64,000 nucleotides of DNA from Marsupella aquatica. Its lineage: Eukaryota > Plantae > Marchantiophyta. Under the pieces are notes generated by a model. The model was not told the DNA's origin, did no database searches, and saw nothing but the letters and a program-made list of their open reading frames with translations. Of this stretch, positions 1 to 13,481 are shown piece by piece (within the stretch, counting starts at the first letter, position 1; every line of letters starts with the position of its first letter). The translations under genes and the position numbers were made by a program. The stretch spans positions 9,962,283 through 10,026,282 of the forward strand of contig OZ316892.1 in assembly GCA_973895155.1 (NCBI GenBank), read 5' to 3'.

Positions 1-1981
1 TCCACTCCAGAAGTTTTTAGCGAGAATCTCATAAGCTTTGTCTGTGGGATGATAAAAATCCCAGAAAACATGCTTCTCAACATCATCACACAAGTTTGTT
101 GGCGGGTTTGTGACGAGATCTGCCGGCCGCCCACATTGCACTGCTGCATTGTAAAGTCCTGAACCGCAGCAAGCTGTCAAACCAGCAGTAAATCCTGTAA
201 CAAGTCCACAAGGAATGTTCAGTCACCAAATTTTCCATCTGAATTAGCTCCAACCCCACAAATGAGACCCTACATTCCACCTCAGTATTGGGAAGCGTAA
301 TTCACTTCCTCTCATCTCTTATTACCAAAATCTGGATATGTTGCGCGGCTAACTATGCGTAGACTCATATCGATGTCTCGAGTGGTGGATACAAAGGAAA
401 ATTTGAGTGAAAGTTCTCACCATATTTTTCTCCATTGGTTATAAAATCCTGAGATTGGCTGTAAGGTGTTCCCACGATAGCTTTTATATCTGGAAAGCTC
501 TCATCTAAGCTATTAACAAATTGCTCCAGTGCAGCATTATATGCTTGACCAACAGCACTCCAAGATTCGACACATTGTCCATTTGTGATTCCTGCAGCTG
601 CCAATGCACCCGGAACACAGCCGAGGGCTCCCGCACCTAAAAACATAACCTTGTGAGCTCCAGCTCCATAAAGAACCTGCAATTGAAAAACGGTAAAGAA
701 TTTAGGGTAACGCTCTCTAGTCATCCTCACATCAAGTGCAATACTCCTGGTAAGCATATCATGATTCGACATCGAGCAAATCAATGTTGTCCAACATAAG
801 ATTAAATTCTCAATCAATATTCGGACGGTTGGATCCAGATTACTGCTCATAAGAATCCGGTCTATCTTTAATGACCATTCAATGGGCGACAAAAAGCAAG
901 GAAGATCTTAATTCCAAGGCCTTCAAGAGATCAAACAGCAGATGTCTATCCAGACCACGAGTCCTACCTCAACGGAAGCGTTCAATATCACCAATAAATC
1001 ATTGATGAACACCTCCTGTGGAACTGATTGATTGAAAATATAGCCGAAAAGATCATTGGATCCAATATTGATGAGAAATAGTGATTTCGAAAAGAGCTCC
1101 TTCGCTGCTTCTTTGCTTTTCAACGTCTCCTCGATCTGGATTTTCGTCTGAGCGAACTGGAGGATCTGATCAGGAAAGGGTATCACCTTCTGAAAGAAGC
1201 AAATCACCACATCTTTTAGAAAATCATCTCTGGCTAATTCAATTAGCAGAAGAACGGAAAGATAGCTTGATGTCACTGCCAGCTTGCACAAAGATCTAGA
1301 GAACTTTAGAATCCAGGCAAAATGTGAATCACCTACACTTTCTGCATTGCTGGTGCGAAGGAGGCCGCTGCCCGCAGAAGCATAATTCACTCCCGTGATG
1401 ACACTCCATTTACCCTTCCCTTTTAGATAGGGCTCGATGAGATCCAGCCCCATGTACGTTGCTGAAAAGGGAGAATAGCATCCATCAGTACCTGAGAACC
1501 GTGCTTCGAGGCCCAACACGATGTGAACAGCTAACACTGAATTTCCTAAACTTGTGTCGACCAGAGGAGGTGGGTAAATCGGCTTTATGATGGTTAGTTT
1601 AGTACTTCAAATCAAAACAAACTGAATCCCGACCATCATACTACTTCATATGAATTCTCCTTTAGACGAGTGGTACAAATACATACCAAAGAAATCGGCG
1701 TAAGTCCGCCCATTGGTGAAGCGTCCAGTGGCCTTGCCAAAGTACTCCGTGCCATAAGGCTTGAAGTTAGCTCGCAGCAAACTGGGAAAGAAGTTGTTCG
1801 TGCCAGCATCGAGCACCGAATCACCAAACACAAACATTGCTGGTACCGCTGGATTCGAGCCTGGAGCCTGTTCCACCGCATCTCCGACGATCAACTCCCT
1901 ACCGTGCTCTGTGCCCGAGCTGAAAGCGACCAGCAGCAGCAGCAGCAGTGACAGCTGCAGGAGATGCTTCCCAATTCCCAT
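1..1981 (-). CDS. GDSL esterase/lipase (SGNH hydrolase), secreted; 5 exons, 3' end runs off window
   Basis: Poly-Leu signal peptide; block I FVFGDSVLDAGTNN; ATGRFTNG; GVNYASAGSG; IGSND; last exon gives CCGSG...VFWDFYHPT (catalytic D/H). GT-AG exons read by eye: 1981-1687, 1461-1337, 1189-968, 677-421, 194-<1. Confidence 0.95.
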
Positions 1982-4016
1982 TTCGGAGGGGTTATCGTCC
2001 TACTCTCAGCCTAATCTCTCTTGTCACGGACAAAGATGTGCCTCCAAATCCGAGTAATCGACCTGCGGTGATGTCAGGGCTTCTGTCTGGAAACACGGTC
2101 TCAGCTCAGCTCACCTTTTCTGCAGTTGTGATCACCCAAAACAAATCGCAATCCTAGGGAGTAAATTCTCAGACTCTTAAGCTGTCAACGCCTTGACAAA
2201 CATGCAAGCTTCTCAACATGTCTTCTCACGGATCAAATGTGATCAAAATCGACGTTTTGTCAAGAGCGGATCTCTCTCTGGGCTCTTCCATTGGACCGAC
2301 TGGGCTCACTCCTGTGCTTGCACAACCTTTCATCGATTACTCTCTCTGTTTGGGGTCCAATTCTCCTTCGCACGAGGACTGTGAAATCTCACAGTTGCGA
2401 GGGGCGAATCGAGGTTCGAGACACTATTTGCCACTTGTTTGACCACGTGATGCACGAGCCTGTGGACTGGGCACTCTACAGGTCGCGCTTCCCATAGAAC
2501 ATAATGCGAGACTGAAGATTCGTGATTGTTTTTCGACAAGATTACAAGGAAAATGTTTACAAAGAGAAAGATCAGTCCACGTTAGAAGAATTGGGAAATC
2601 GGGAGTGTTGACGAGAATTGGGAGAATTGGACTGAACAGGCATCGAGTAATTCAGGAGTGGATTGATTGAGGAATTGGAGAGGTTGGCACAGGGATTTGG
2701 AACTATTTTGCAAAATTTTGATTTCTTTCATTCAGGGCGGGCATAAGGTGGGTGGGGGGAAGTCGGTGCTTTCTTCATAATGAGCTTCTGAGGGTTTCCT
2801 TAATCATGATTAAATTATACTGAGGTTAGATTAGTGGAGAGGGCCTACACGTTGGAGGAGCACTTCATTGTCCTCAGAGTGGGAGGATAGTGTCATACAT
2901 TAGCTTGTGGCTTGCCAGACTAAGATAAATGTAAGACATTGTGCTTAGTGAATTCTATCAACCATGGGTTGAACCACATATTTGTACATTACTTCCGTGG
3001 GATGTAGTGCTGTGCAATTCAATGTCAACACCCTAGTGTATTGCAGGGTACGTATGTCACCCACCACATACATTTCTTTCATACAAAGACGCATGTTGCT
3101 TTGAATACCCCCATACATGTAGATCAAATGAGCTGCAACTGCAATATATATGTACAAGCATCACATTTTAGATTGAGATATTAATGGACATATAGCAATC
3201 CCAGGAGGAATACTAGTATTGGAAAGCCTTTGTAGAAAGCAACCAACGATTCCTGTATTGCCAATAGTATTGCAGATGTTGTTTTAAACCACACCTTCCC
3301 ATTCCCTCCCTCGCTACTCCTCATTCCTGTCCTCTGCTGATCAGTATCTCACCATAAAAAGTGGAGCCCTCATCACCTTTTGTGGAGCTCAAGCCCATTC
3401 CTGAACCTCTGAACTTTATAATGAGAGCTATGGGTTACCCCTAGCTCTTTAAAGGTGCACTTGTGGTTTAATTAGAAAGCAGCCATTGATACAAGTATTG
3501 CTCATAGCATTGAGTTGGGTTAGAAATAAAGCAACCAAGGATACTTGTACTACCACTTCTAGTATTGCAAAGGTTGCTTAAGCCAGGGTGCTATGGTAAG
3601 TCAAGCTCCCCCCCCCCATGTAGCACACTGACTCAAAACTTGTAGTAGAGAAAGGATTTAAATCTGGGGGGCCTACCATGAGTACCCAAAATAGTAGGAA
3701 CAATACAAAGTTTGATAAAATTATAGAAAGTTACAAAACCCAGAGATTGATTGTTTGTAATGTAGGAAATGTCCATCAAAAGCTAGTCATTTTGGACTAC
3801 TTTCAAAGCCATCAATGAGCCCATTTTAATATTGTTATGCTATTCAATGTTATGTCATAATAGACAGTTATAATCTAGACAAGTGTTTGTGCTCAAAACT
3901 TGTAGCAAAGACATCTAAACCCAAGAGGCCGACAAAGATTGTGAATATGAACCAGGATGCAAACTCTAATAATATAGGTATTGCTGTTCCCATTGCAAAG
4001 ATTGATAATAAAGAAG

Positions 4017-4781
4017 GAAAAACGCATACTTTTTACAGAAAAGGGCCAAATAGAGTACAAAAGAATAAACAAGAGAGGTCTCAAGTGGACAAAACCAAAC
4101 GCAACCAAACACAAAAGAAGTGAGCAAAAGGAAACCCCTAAAAACCAAGAAAGAGTAACTAAAACTATCGCAAATGGACCGAGGTCCTCATCATTCCTAG
4201 CAAATGTGGCAAAAAGCTAATGGTCTACATCAAGTGTCGAAACTAAATCGGCAAGTGGGATTGGAATGTCCTCTAGGGGGGCTAGCCGCTGTGGAGTCAC
4301 ACTAGCACCCACTGTCAGAGATCGACGATCGATGGCCCGAGCTTGAGCACGTTGTAAGGTGACTGAAATGCGTTGGCGAAAGTGCGTGGTCAAAACAGAT
4401 AGCGGGGGTCCAGTGGGAGTCATCCGGCCGTGAACATCCCGAGCAGCTTCCGGCCCAAATATCTCAAGAGCAAGGGGCAGGAAGCTATCAGATGAAGCTC
4501 GTGCAGCATATTTGGCCTCTTTCGTTGTTGCTGCTCGTGATGCTGCTGCCCCTGCCGTTGTTGCCGCTGTCCCAATGATGTCTTGGCGCAATGGGTTTGC
4601 CACCACTACATCTGCCAAAGTACGGTGACCCTCACGGACCATGGTAAGATCCACCCGTAACCGCTGTGATGGAGGACCAGGTAACTCGAGCACCACCTCC
4701 TGCCGTGCGCAGACCAAAGAGCCAGAAAGAACCTGAGCAGTGGCATCTCTCACAGCGTCGTGAACAAAAATGGTTTCGCCA
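4017..4781 (-). mobile_element. 5'-truncated CRE-type non-LTR retrotransposon fragment (restriction-like endonuclease C-terminus + 3'UTR)
   Basis: ORF 4217-4753 extended upstream reads HDAVRD...RVDL...LADVVVANP...KEAKY...FLPLALEIFG...RQRISVTLQRAQARAI, the RLE pattern of CRE-clade elements. Candidate 10-bp TSD AATAAAGAAG at 4007-4016 and 4782-4791. Confidence 0.75.
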
Positions 4782-5608
4782 AATAAAGAAGCACTATAAA
4801 AATTGAAAAATTAAGAATGGTTGTAACTTAGTCAGTACAACTGTCTACTCATGTTGGTATTTGTCTTCCGGCTGCGCCAATTGAGTAGGTGTTATCATGT
4901 AAACATAATCTACAACTATAATACTTGATCCTGGCTGCCAAAAGTTGTCAATCGTCCGTTTACAAAATGAGATTTGGTGGGAACACTTGCTTACCATTGG
5001 ATTTATGTTATAGTTTATTCTCACCTTTGATCAGTTATAAATGAGTGTAACCAAGCAAACAAGACAATAAAGTACCTAGGTGCTACCTAGGTGATAATAA
5101 TAATAGTGAACACTTAGCCAGTACAAGTTAAGAACAACATAATTTTTTTTTTGTCACATATGAATATTCAATAGAGTACTTAATCATTACATGCTACAAC
5201 ATTTGTATTATTGGAAGAAAGTAGATGTATAATTAGTAACACTCTCCAAATGGGTGTCCACAATTTTGAACAATATATTTATTAGTGGGAAGGGAATTTG
5301 TGCAGTTTTATTTTTTATTCTCTCTCAAAAAGCTGATTTTCCTTTTTTTTGTTTGTATCTTTGAGGTAATGAAAGGGGAAGGAGCGTCTCCCATATAATA
5401 CCCTATCCCACCAAAAAAATGGGATAGTACTTTTCCAAACTCATAAAAAATGGGAATAGATCTTAGACCTTTATCAAAACATTGTTTTTTACACCATCAG
5501 ATCTATCCCTACACACCGTTTAAAATAAATGCCTGCCCAAGCTACAATTTAGCCTCTATGCACCTACCCAAGATAAAAACTTAATTTAAATAATCAGTTG
5601 TATTTATA

Positions 5609-6576
5609 TCTAGAAAAATGGGAAGTTAAAATTGAATGTAAATAAAATATACAACATTCTTATTTCTCTAAAAAACATTTCCTGTCACTTGGTTAGACTC
5701 TATGACGTGGTGACCGCTATCTCATGTCTCCAGTTTTATGTGCAACACGAGTTACAGAACACAACCACAACAACTGCATGGCCAGGATCGCGCACAACAT
5801 ACCTCAACAACTACATGGCAAAGCTCTTTTATATGCCTCACCTTAGCATCCTTTCTCACCTTCACACATTTTTCTAATCTTTACATATTTATTGCTCTTC
5901 AACATTTTTCCTTGCCTTGACATATTTTTCTCATTTCACCATCTTTTTCTCACATTCACATCTTTACCTCGCCATGACATTTTTCCTCAGTTAATATTTG
6001 TTCTCCCTTTGACATCTTTTTCTTTCCTCGAGATCTTTTCTCACCCTCGACAATTTTTTCTCTTCTCAACGTCTTTTTCTCATTTTTTGTATCTTTTTCT
6101 CACCTCAACATCTTTTTCTCATCAATATCTTTTTTCATCTTGACACCTTTTTTCTTACCTCAACATCTTTTTCTCACCATGATATCTTATCTTTTTCTTA
6201 TATCGCCATATTTTTCTCACCTTGACATCTTTATCTCTCCACAACATCTTTCCCTCACCCACACCATTTTTTTTTCTCTCGGAATCACCATCTTTACATA
6301 TTTTTCCTCACCTCGCCATTAATGTTTCTCCCCAACATCTTTTTCTCACATCAATTTTTTCTCACCTTGACATCTTTTTCTCACCTTGACATATTTTTCT
6401 CACCTTGACATCTTTTTCTCTCATCAACATCTTTTTTCATCTTAACATCTTTTTCCTGACCTCAACTTCTTTTTCTCACCTAACATCTTTTTCTCTCATA
6501 AATTTTTTCTTCATCAATCTTGACATCTTTTGCCTCACCTCAATATCTTTTGTGCAACGCACAGGCATTGGGCTAG
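5609..6576 (+). mobile_element. Non-autonomous Helitron containing a minisatellite
   Basis: 3' end TGTGC-AAC-GCACA hairpin (6551-6563), then GGCATTGGG-CTAG|T, the plant Helitron terminus pattern. 5' A|TC at 5608-5610 is tentative. Confidence 0.65.
5890..6550 (+). repeat. Degenerate ~19-bp pyrimidine-rich minisatellite (CATCTTTTTCTCACCTTGA-like)
   Basis: Many imperfect copies visible, e.g. 6371-6420. They generate the F/S/L-rich spurious ORFs. Confidence 0.9.
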
Positions 6577-8327
6577 TGTCCGCATAAAATGTTATTGACC
6601 ATACACAATGTTACCATCAAAACTTTATAGGGTTGTAATTTCTTTGATCATAGGGGTGGGAAAATAAGTGTAAACATTCCATGGTCTTTGGATGTTGTGC
6701 CGATTGTTTCAGGTGAAGGGCCTTTTGTCCTCGCTTTTGTCCCCTGTGGACACTATTGTCTTTCTCATTTTTTTGCAATAAAGTATATCGTATTCATAAA
6801 GAGGAAAAAGCTCCATGAGAGTCCATTAAAGTTATTGAACATCATGAAGATACTTGTAAACATCTATTTTTACACAATATATAGTTATGTTTTCACTTCA
6901 AATTGGCAAAGAACATTGAAAGAGCAAACCAATTGGATTAATATTTGGGCATCAAACTTGGGCATTAATCTGGATCGGCATGTGTATTGGATTCGTGAAA
7001 GAAATCCTGTTAGATACCTATAATCATAGATTCAGGGTTCAGCTAAAGACTTAGTTGAATGATGCATGGGGCCCCTGGATAAAACAAAACCCCCAACGAG
7101 GCCCATCCTTTTGAAAGGGACTTGTTGGGGCCCTCAGTCCTTGGCCCTTACAACCGAGCCACTCTAACCCTTCAAGTGCTATACGATTGGCCTGCCTGGT
7201 ACCTTGCAGCCTCGTATCTCTACCAGCCTATTTTTCAAGGTTTTCCCTTTTTGGCCACAGGAGAATGTTATCTGGTAAATGTTACCTGGAGAATGTCAAG
7301 GATATTTGCAACTGGTGTGGAATTCTTTCAGATGCTTGCCACATGGCTATCTGGTAAAGTAAGGCAAAAGAATGAACAAATACCATGTGCACTCCAATCC
7401 AAATCTATCCTTATCCCTATGATCCCTCCCAATGATTGAGAGTGATGTCGCTGCAACCAGATTGCATTCTGGTCCTCCAACAGGCTCAGTGCTCCAAGTC
7501 TGTTGAGAGAGAGATATTGGTCAGACATTTCATAAATATGTCCAACAAACCTATACGTAGTGTAAAATTTCTAAGAATGCTCATTGATTCTCGAAAATGA
7601 GGAGTGAATTTTCTAAGAATGTTTATTGATTCTCAACAGAATAATGAGGACCCCACGAGGCACTTACAAATTACTTATAAATCACGACGCAAAGGTACTT
7701 TCACGGCTACATTGTAGAAGCCGCTAGTACCTAACTCTCAATAAAGACAGAACTCAAAGTGAGGGTGGAAAAAACCATGAACAGGGCAAAAATGAAGGGT
7801 AAATAGCATAATTTTTTTGTTTTTGCAAGATTCATTTGTTTTCACTCCTTAACGTTCAAGTCATATAACGGGTAATCAGGCTAGTATACACAAATGTTAG
7901 AAGGTAACAAAAGCAAGAAAGGGACAACGCGAGGTCAAGAGGGTGATGAGGAGATCGACCGTGTTTGAGCCAACGTTGCAGGTAACGGATCGTAATCACA
8001 GGGAGAGCGCTGCCGTAAATACAGGAGGAAGTGGAGTGGAACAGCCTGACGGATTCAATTGGAAAGTTGGAAGCGCAATCCACAAGAAAACGTCCGTTTT
8101 CCAACAATACGTCCGAGGGTTGCAAGGGTTCTTTTGCCTTATTCTTGTGGGCTTCGTTCAGATGACGAGGAAAGGATTGCAATAGTTTCTAGGTGATATG
8201 CCATTTGTGGCGTTTCCACAGCAAAAGCAAGGGACTTGGGAACGAAGTTTATGGTCAGCAGGCATGTACAGTTTTGCTTTTGTTTCGTTTTGTCTGGAAT
8301 TTTTCAGTTGGGAGCTCGTGAAGGAGT

Positions 8328-11300
8328 CTACAACCATGCAGGGTTTTTCAAGGGCGTCACGACGGCTTTCACTTGGTAGTAATTCTCCAAAGCGTGCATC
8401 CCCTTGACTTTTCCGAATCCACTCTGCTTGTAGCCTCCGAACGGAAGGGTGATGTCAAGTACGTTATAAGTATTGATCCACACTGTACCCGCCTTGAGAG
8501 CCCTGGCGACGGTGTTGGCAGTGTCTATATCCTTCGTCAGTACTCCAGAAGCCAATCCATAGGCACTACTGTTGGTTCGTTGGATGGCCTCTTCAATGGT
8601 CCTGAACTTGCTTACAGACTGCAAAAGAGGATGGGCAAATGCATCAATGTTAAGTAACAACTCACTCTGCCACTGCCATCAAATTACGTTACACTTCTCA
8701 TGGGACAATATGTCACTTTTGCTTATTTCTCCATACAAACTTCACGAGATATCATCGTCATCACACTACTGATCGTATACCCTCCTAACCTCCATAGACA
8801 TGCCACACTCTGGAGATGAGAAACCTCACACACTGCATCAAAAGGGATCAGAAAGAGGCAGCAAACCCACCTGGACCGGGCCGAAAATCTCCTCCTTGAA
8901 GATGATATTATTTTCTGACACGTCGCCAAAGACTGTGGGTTGGATATAGTAGCCCTTGCTACCCAGACGAGCGCCGCCAGTCACCAAACTGGCACCTTGC
9001 TCCTCACCTTGTTTGATGTAATCAAGGATCCTCCTGAATTGCTCTTCGTCTACCTGAAAATTTATCTTTCATTCCATCAATTATGCTGGTCTTCAACGTC
9101 ACTCTAGAAGAATCAGCAATACCCATCATCATCCAAAGAAAGACTGGGACAGGTCAGTTAGTGGAGGGCTCTCCAACCTTCGCTTTACAGCACCTACAAG
9201 AGGACCTGCATGCCGTGCCCGGTAATTGGTAGTGCTACCAAACAGGTAGAAGGAACTTGTCGATAGCTGGTAATGCTACCCAACATATTTATAAATAAGC
9301 TGGCAGATAACATTGTATAGAAGGAGATTGAGATCTATGCGTACCTGGGGCCCCTGCTCAATCCCACTTTTGAATGGGTCGCCTACAACTCTTTCCAACG
9401 CCTTTAGTTTTGCTTTCTCGATAAACTCATCATAGATCTTCTCGTGTACAAATGTCCTCGAACCTGATGCACAACATGCGCCTTGATTGAAAAAAACTGC
9501 GAACTGTGAGAGAGCAACAGCCTCGTCCACGTTCGCATCCTCACACACAATGAGCCCCGACTTCCCCCCAAGCTCAAGCCCCACTCTCTTCAGGTTACTT
9601 CTCGCTGACGCCACCATGACTTCTCTACCTACTGCTGTCGAGCCCGTGAAGGAGATGACGTCAATGTCTGGGTGACTCGAGAGAGCTGCTCCCGCTGTGG
9701 GACCATATCCCGAGATGACGTTGACCACTCCAGGAGGAATTCCTGCTTCCAATGCCAGTTTCCCTGCAATTCCTTGACCCAAATTATTAGGTGCTCAACT
9801 CATCACTACGGATCCAGAGGTGCTTATTTCCAGTCTGTCCAGAGTAATTGCTGTCGAGAGCTTCCGATTTATTTATTTGAGTCAAAGAGAGGGGTTTTGA
9901 CGACATCCCATGAAAAGTTTAAATTAAATTGCTGCTAAGTACGATGAATTATACTTGTCGTGTGGGAAGTCTCTAGGGAAAACGAAAAATACACGGAAAA
10001 TTCCTACCAACATTGTACTGTAGACGAAAAGCAAACCAGTAAATAGAGATGTCTGTATGAAAAAAATATCCAATTCGGAAGGCTCGAGTTTGACATTTAG
10101 CCACACGTAGAAACAAAGCATTCAGGGAGGATCATTCACATCGAGTCATTTTAGTAATCAGCTGATTAGATGCAGACACCCGCTCCGGGCACCCGCTCCT
10201 ACCAAAATAGGAGCAATCAGAGACTTGCAAGCTGAGATATACCTGCTAGTAGTGCTGACAGTGGAGATTGCTCAGCTGTCTTGATAACCATGCTGTTTCC
10301 AAGCACTAATGCTGGGGCCACCTGGTTGACGAACATAACCATAGGGAAATTCCAGGGCACAATCGCGCTCACTACTCCAACTGGCTCGTGTAATGTGTAG
10401 GCATAATAGGATCCGTCAGTGGGTATAGTCGCACCATGGATTTTGTCCGCCCAACCAGCGTAGTACCTAAAACAGGGTTTCCAAGGTTTCACCTAGATTA
10501 AGCTTAGTGCTAAAAAAGGGTTTCCAAGGTCTCACTTATATTACTAAGCAAAGCAATTGCAACATGCATTACCTCAGTTCATTTCTTCTGTCACCCGTGA
10601 ATCCTTTCAGGACCTATCGACACCTATACGTGTCCGCTACAGTTATGGGACACAATAGAAGCTAAACTTGCCCCCCAAAACTTGAACTTGAACTCTCTCA
10701 ACTACAGTAGTCCTTCTACGAAACATCGATCTCCGGTACTGCGCAATCATTCTTTCAACCGGTAGAATTTGGTGATGAATCAGACTTGTACAAGACTAGC
10801 AGACTAAATAATTTGCAAACGAAACATAATGGACTATCTATACAGTCAGGTATGCTATATTGGAAGGCATTTGATACCTAAAGGCCCTAGATACGGCCGG
10901 CATCTCCACATAGCGAGCTTGGTCATAAGGTTTTCCACTGTCCAACGCATCCAATGCCGCCAACTCGTCATTGTGTTGGTCTAAGAGATCTGCATATTTG
11001 AGCACGATTCTGCCCCTCTCATGGGGTGGCATTTTTGGCCACGGCCCCTCTTCGAATGCCTTCCTGGCGGCTTTGACTGCCCGGTCCACATCCTCGATAT
11101 CACCCTCTGCCACTTGGGTTATCACCTGTCGCATACATGTCCACACATTTCCCGTTTGTATTACTTTCACAAGTAGACCCATGGTCTGATCCAAACTTGA
11201 CATGAGGATGTGCAGCCAATTCACATCCAAGGTCTCATACGCAGTAAGTCTACATCTCATCGGTGAGATTCAGCAAAAGTCGTTCTCATCACTTTCGTTT

Positions 11301-13481
11301 CCGTCTTGACTTTCGTTTCCTGTACGTGGCAACGACTTCGACAACCCGATTTTCTCAAGAATGATACCAATTCAAGGGCAACGGCATTAAGCCTTCGCTT
11401 TACTCATTTGGGAGATTCCTATTTCGCTCATTTTCTATTTCTGTCAGCTGAAACTAATGACCTGCAGAGTGGATTGCAGTGATTTTTCCTTAGTTGAGTT
11501 AAGTAATCTGAGTTGAGATGGTTGCAAGCTCAGTTTTGTAAATAAAATATGATTTTAGAACCCTGTCTAAAATCACTTTCCTAGACCCGCAAAGACCTTC
11601 CAGCGACGTATCCAACAGCCATGATGGTGCTCAATGCGATACTACACACAATCTCAATCACCAAACAGAGCTTTAACTAGCGAGCTACTTTAGACAACTC
11701 CTCACTCATGAACGGGCATTCTGGTCATAGAATGGAATCCAATCTTATTCATTCAGGATCCTCGGGAGAGAGATTTAGTTCCACAGACCCAGTGCACTCG
11801 CGAAACGGGCAGTCACTCATGAATACCAAATGAGTGACCTGGTTTGGTGATACAAGATCGAGAGCATTAGCGAAGAGCCAATTGAATGCGGGCGATTCAA
11901 AGCGTCAAATGAAGCTCCATGGACACCTCAGGAGGTCATTATGAAGCAATATCTGCTGAGTTCGGACATGCGCGAGACTAGGAATTTGAATTATTACCCC
12001 AAAATGTAGATTCTAATTGGCTGCTTTCTAAATGGTATCAGGTCTCCTTCCAGAAGCCGACGAGTGCTTTTGTAAGTGACCAGTGCCATTTGTACCACTG
12101 ATTGCTTCTGGCCTTCAAATTTTCCATATGCGTCTCGTATATATCAGTGTCAAAGAAAGGGCAATGCTCCTTGGTGTATGAAAGTAGCCAATTTCCCTTC
12201 TGGGTGATCTTTGCTAACAAAATACGTCACCAGACCCTCAGAAGATCACTCCAAAGGTCAGGCTCTACTTAGCTCCGGCAGGTTTTTCGTCGTCGATCAG
12301 CCACTTTCCCACCTTACTACAGACACCAATAACCAGATCTGCCCATTATCTTTAAATCTAAGGAGATCTGACGATCAGCAATTAATCTTGGAAAATTAGA
12401 TACGGAACATTCGCCACCCAGGCGCAGCCAATGACACAGTCATGTTGAGGCTGGACAGAGCATTGATTTTGCATGAAGCTTGCAAACAGCCTGACAAAGT
12501 GGCCCTGTGACTTTAGTTATAAAATTGTTCTTTATCATTTGTGCAAACTCAGTGATTTTTGCGCACAGGCTGAAGACGCCAGTTGCTAAATTATTGCCTG
12601 GATTTCTGTGTGGAACTTCAAGTTCGGGTCCACTGGAGTAATGATTCAATTAAGCATATAATAATCTGGATTCAAATTCCCAATTCAGATGATGATATGA
12701 TTTCGTGGTCTTGTGGTCTTTTGAAGCTATTACTTGGACCCATTAAAGCACAACTGTTTTGGTCACGAGGTCTTTCGAAGTTACTAGCTGGACCCATTAC
12801 AGGTTTTCAAACATGTACCTTGATAAGTGATCTCCTGCCTAATTAAGCCTTTCTGATAAATGTATATCAAAACGCAGCGCATACTGTGGCATGTGCCCAT
12901 AGGTTAGGAAAATTTTCCAAGCCACGATAATTAAACCCGATTGTTCTATATGACTGAGTCTTGTTCCTTCTAAGTACTTAGTGGCTATTTGTTTTCTAAG
13001 TATCTGGCTTCGTTTTATGTGTAATTACTGATTCTTGTTCCTTCTATATAAGCATCTGGGTGCTGCTTTTTGATGTGTAATTACCGGGATGCCTTCTTAA
13101 GCCTGTAGATTACGGGAGGATACTGGTCCAAGATATAATGTAGACGTGACCAACACAATGTCACGAGTATCAACTGAATCAACAAGAGCGGCAACAAATG
13201 TCATGTCCGAGTACCTGTCCAGATCGTGGATCGATGGTGGGGAATGTTTTGCCGGAGGCTGAATCAACGAACTCGCCATTGATCAAAAGCTTCGTGTGCT
13301 GCACAGGAAAGGGAGCGTCCACTGGCGTCTCCAGCTCCTCGGCTGCTGCTGCTGCTGCTCCAAAACTCCGCCTCCCTCTAGTCACCAAAAATGGTGACAC
13401 ATAACACGGCCGCAAAGGCCTCGCCAATGCCCCGCCAAGGACTCGCGATATCAGAGCAGAACCAGCCTTCCTGGCCGCCAT
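8328..13481 (-). CDS. ALDH2: Aldehyde dehydrogenase family 2, with N-terminal mitochondrial-type presequence; 6 exons
   Basis: R/A/S-rich presequence; [16 protein letters not shown]; [11 protein letters not shown]; PWNFP; FTGSTAVG; LELGGKS; FNQGACC; EEIFGPV; PFGGYKQSG; ends PAWL. Exons 13481-13215, 11125-10878, 10466-10243, 9763-9345, 9053-8871, 8618-8328. Confidence 0.95.

Noticed and set aside
5632-6587. Several F/S/L-rich ORFs as membrane proteins
   Set aside because: They are translations of the pyrimidine-rich minisatellite.
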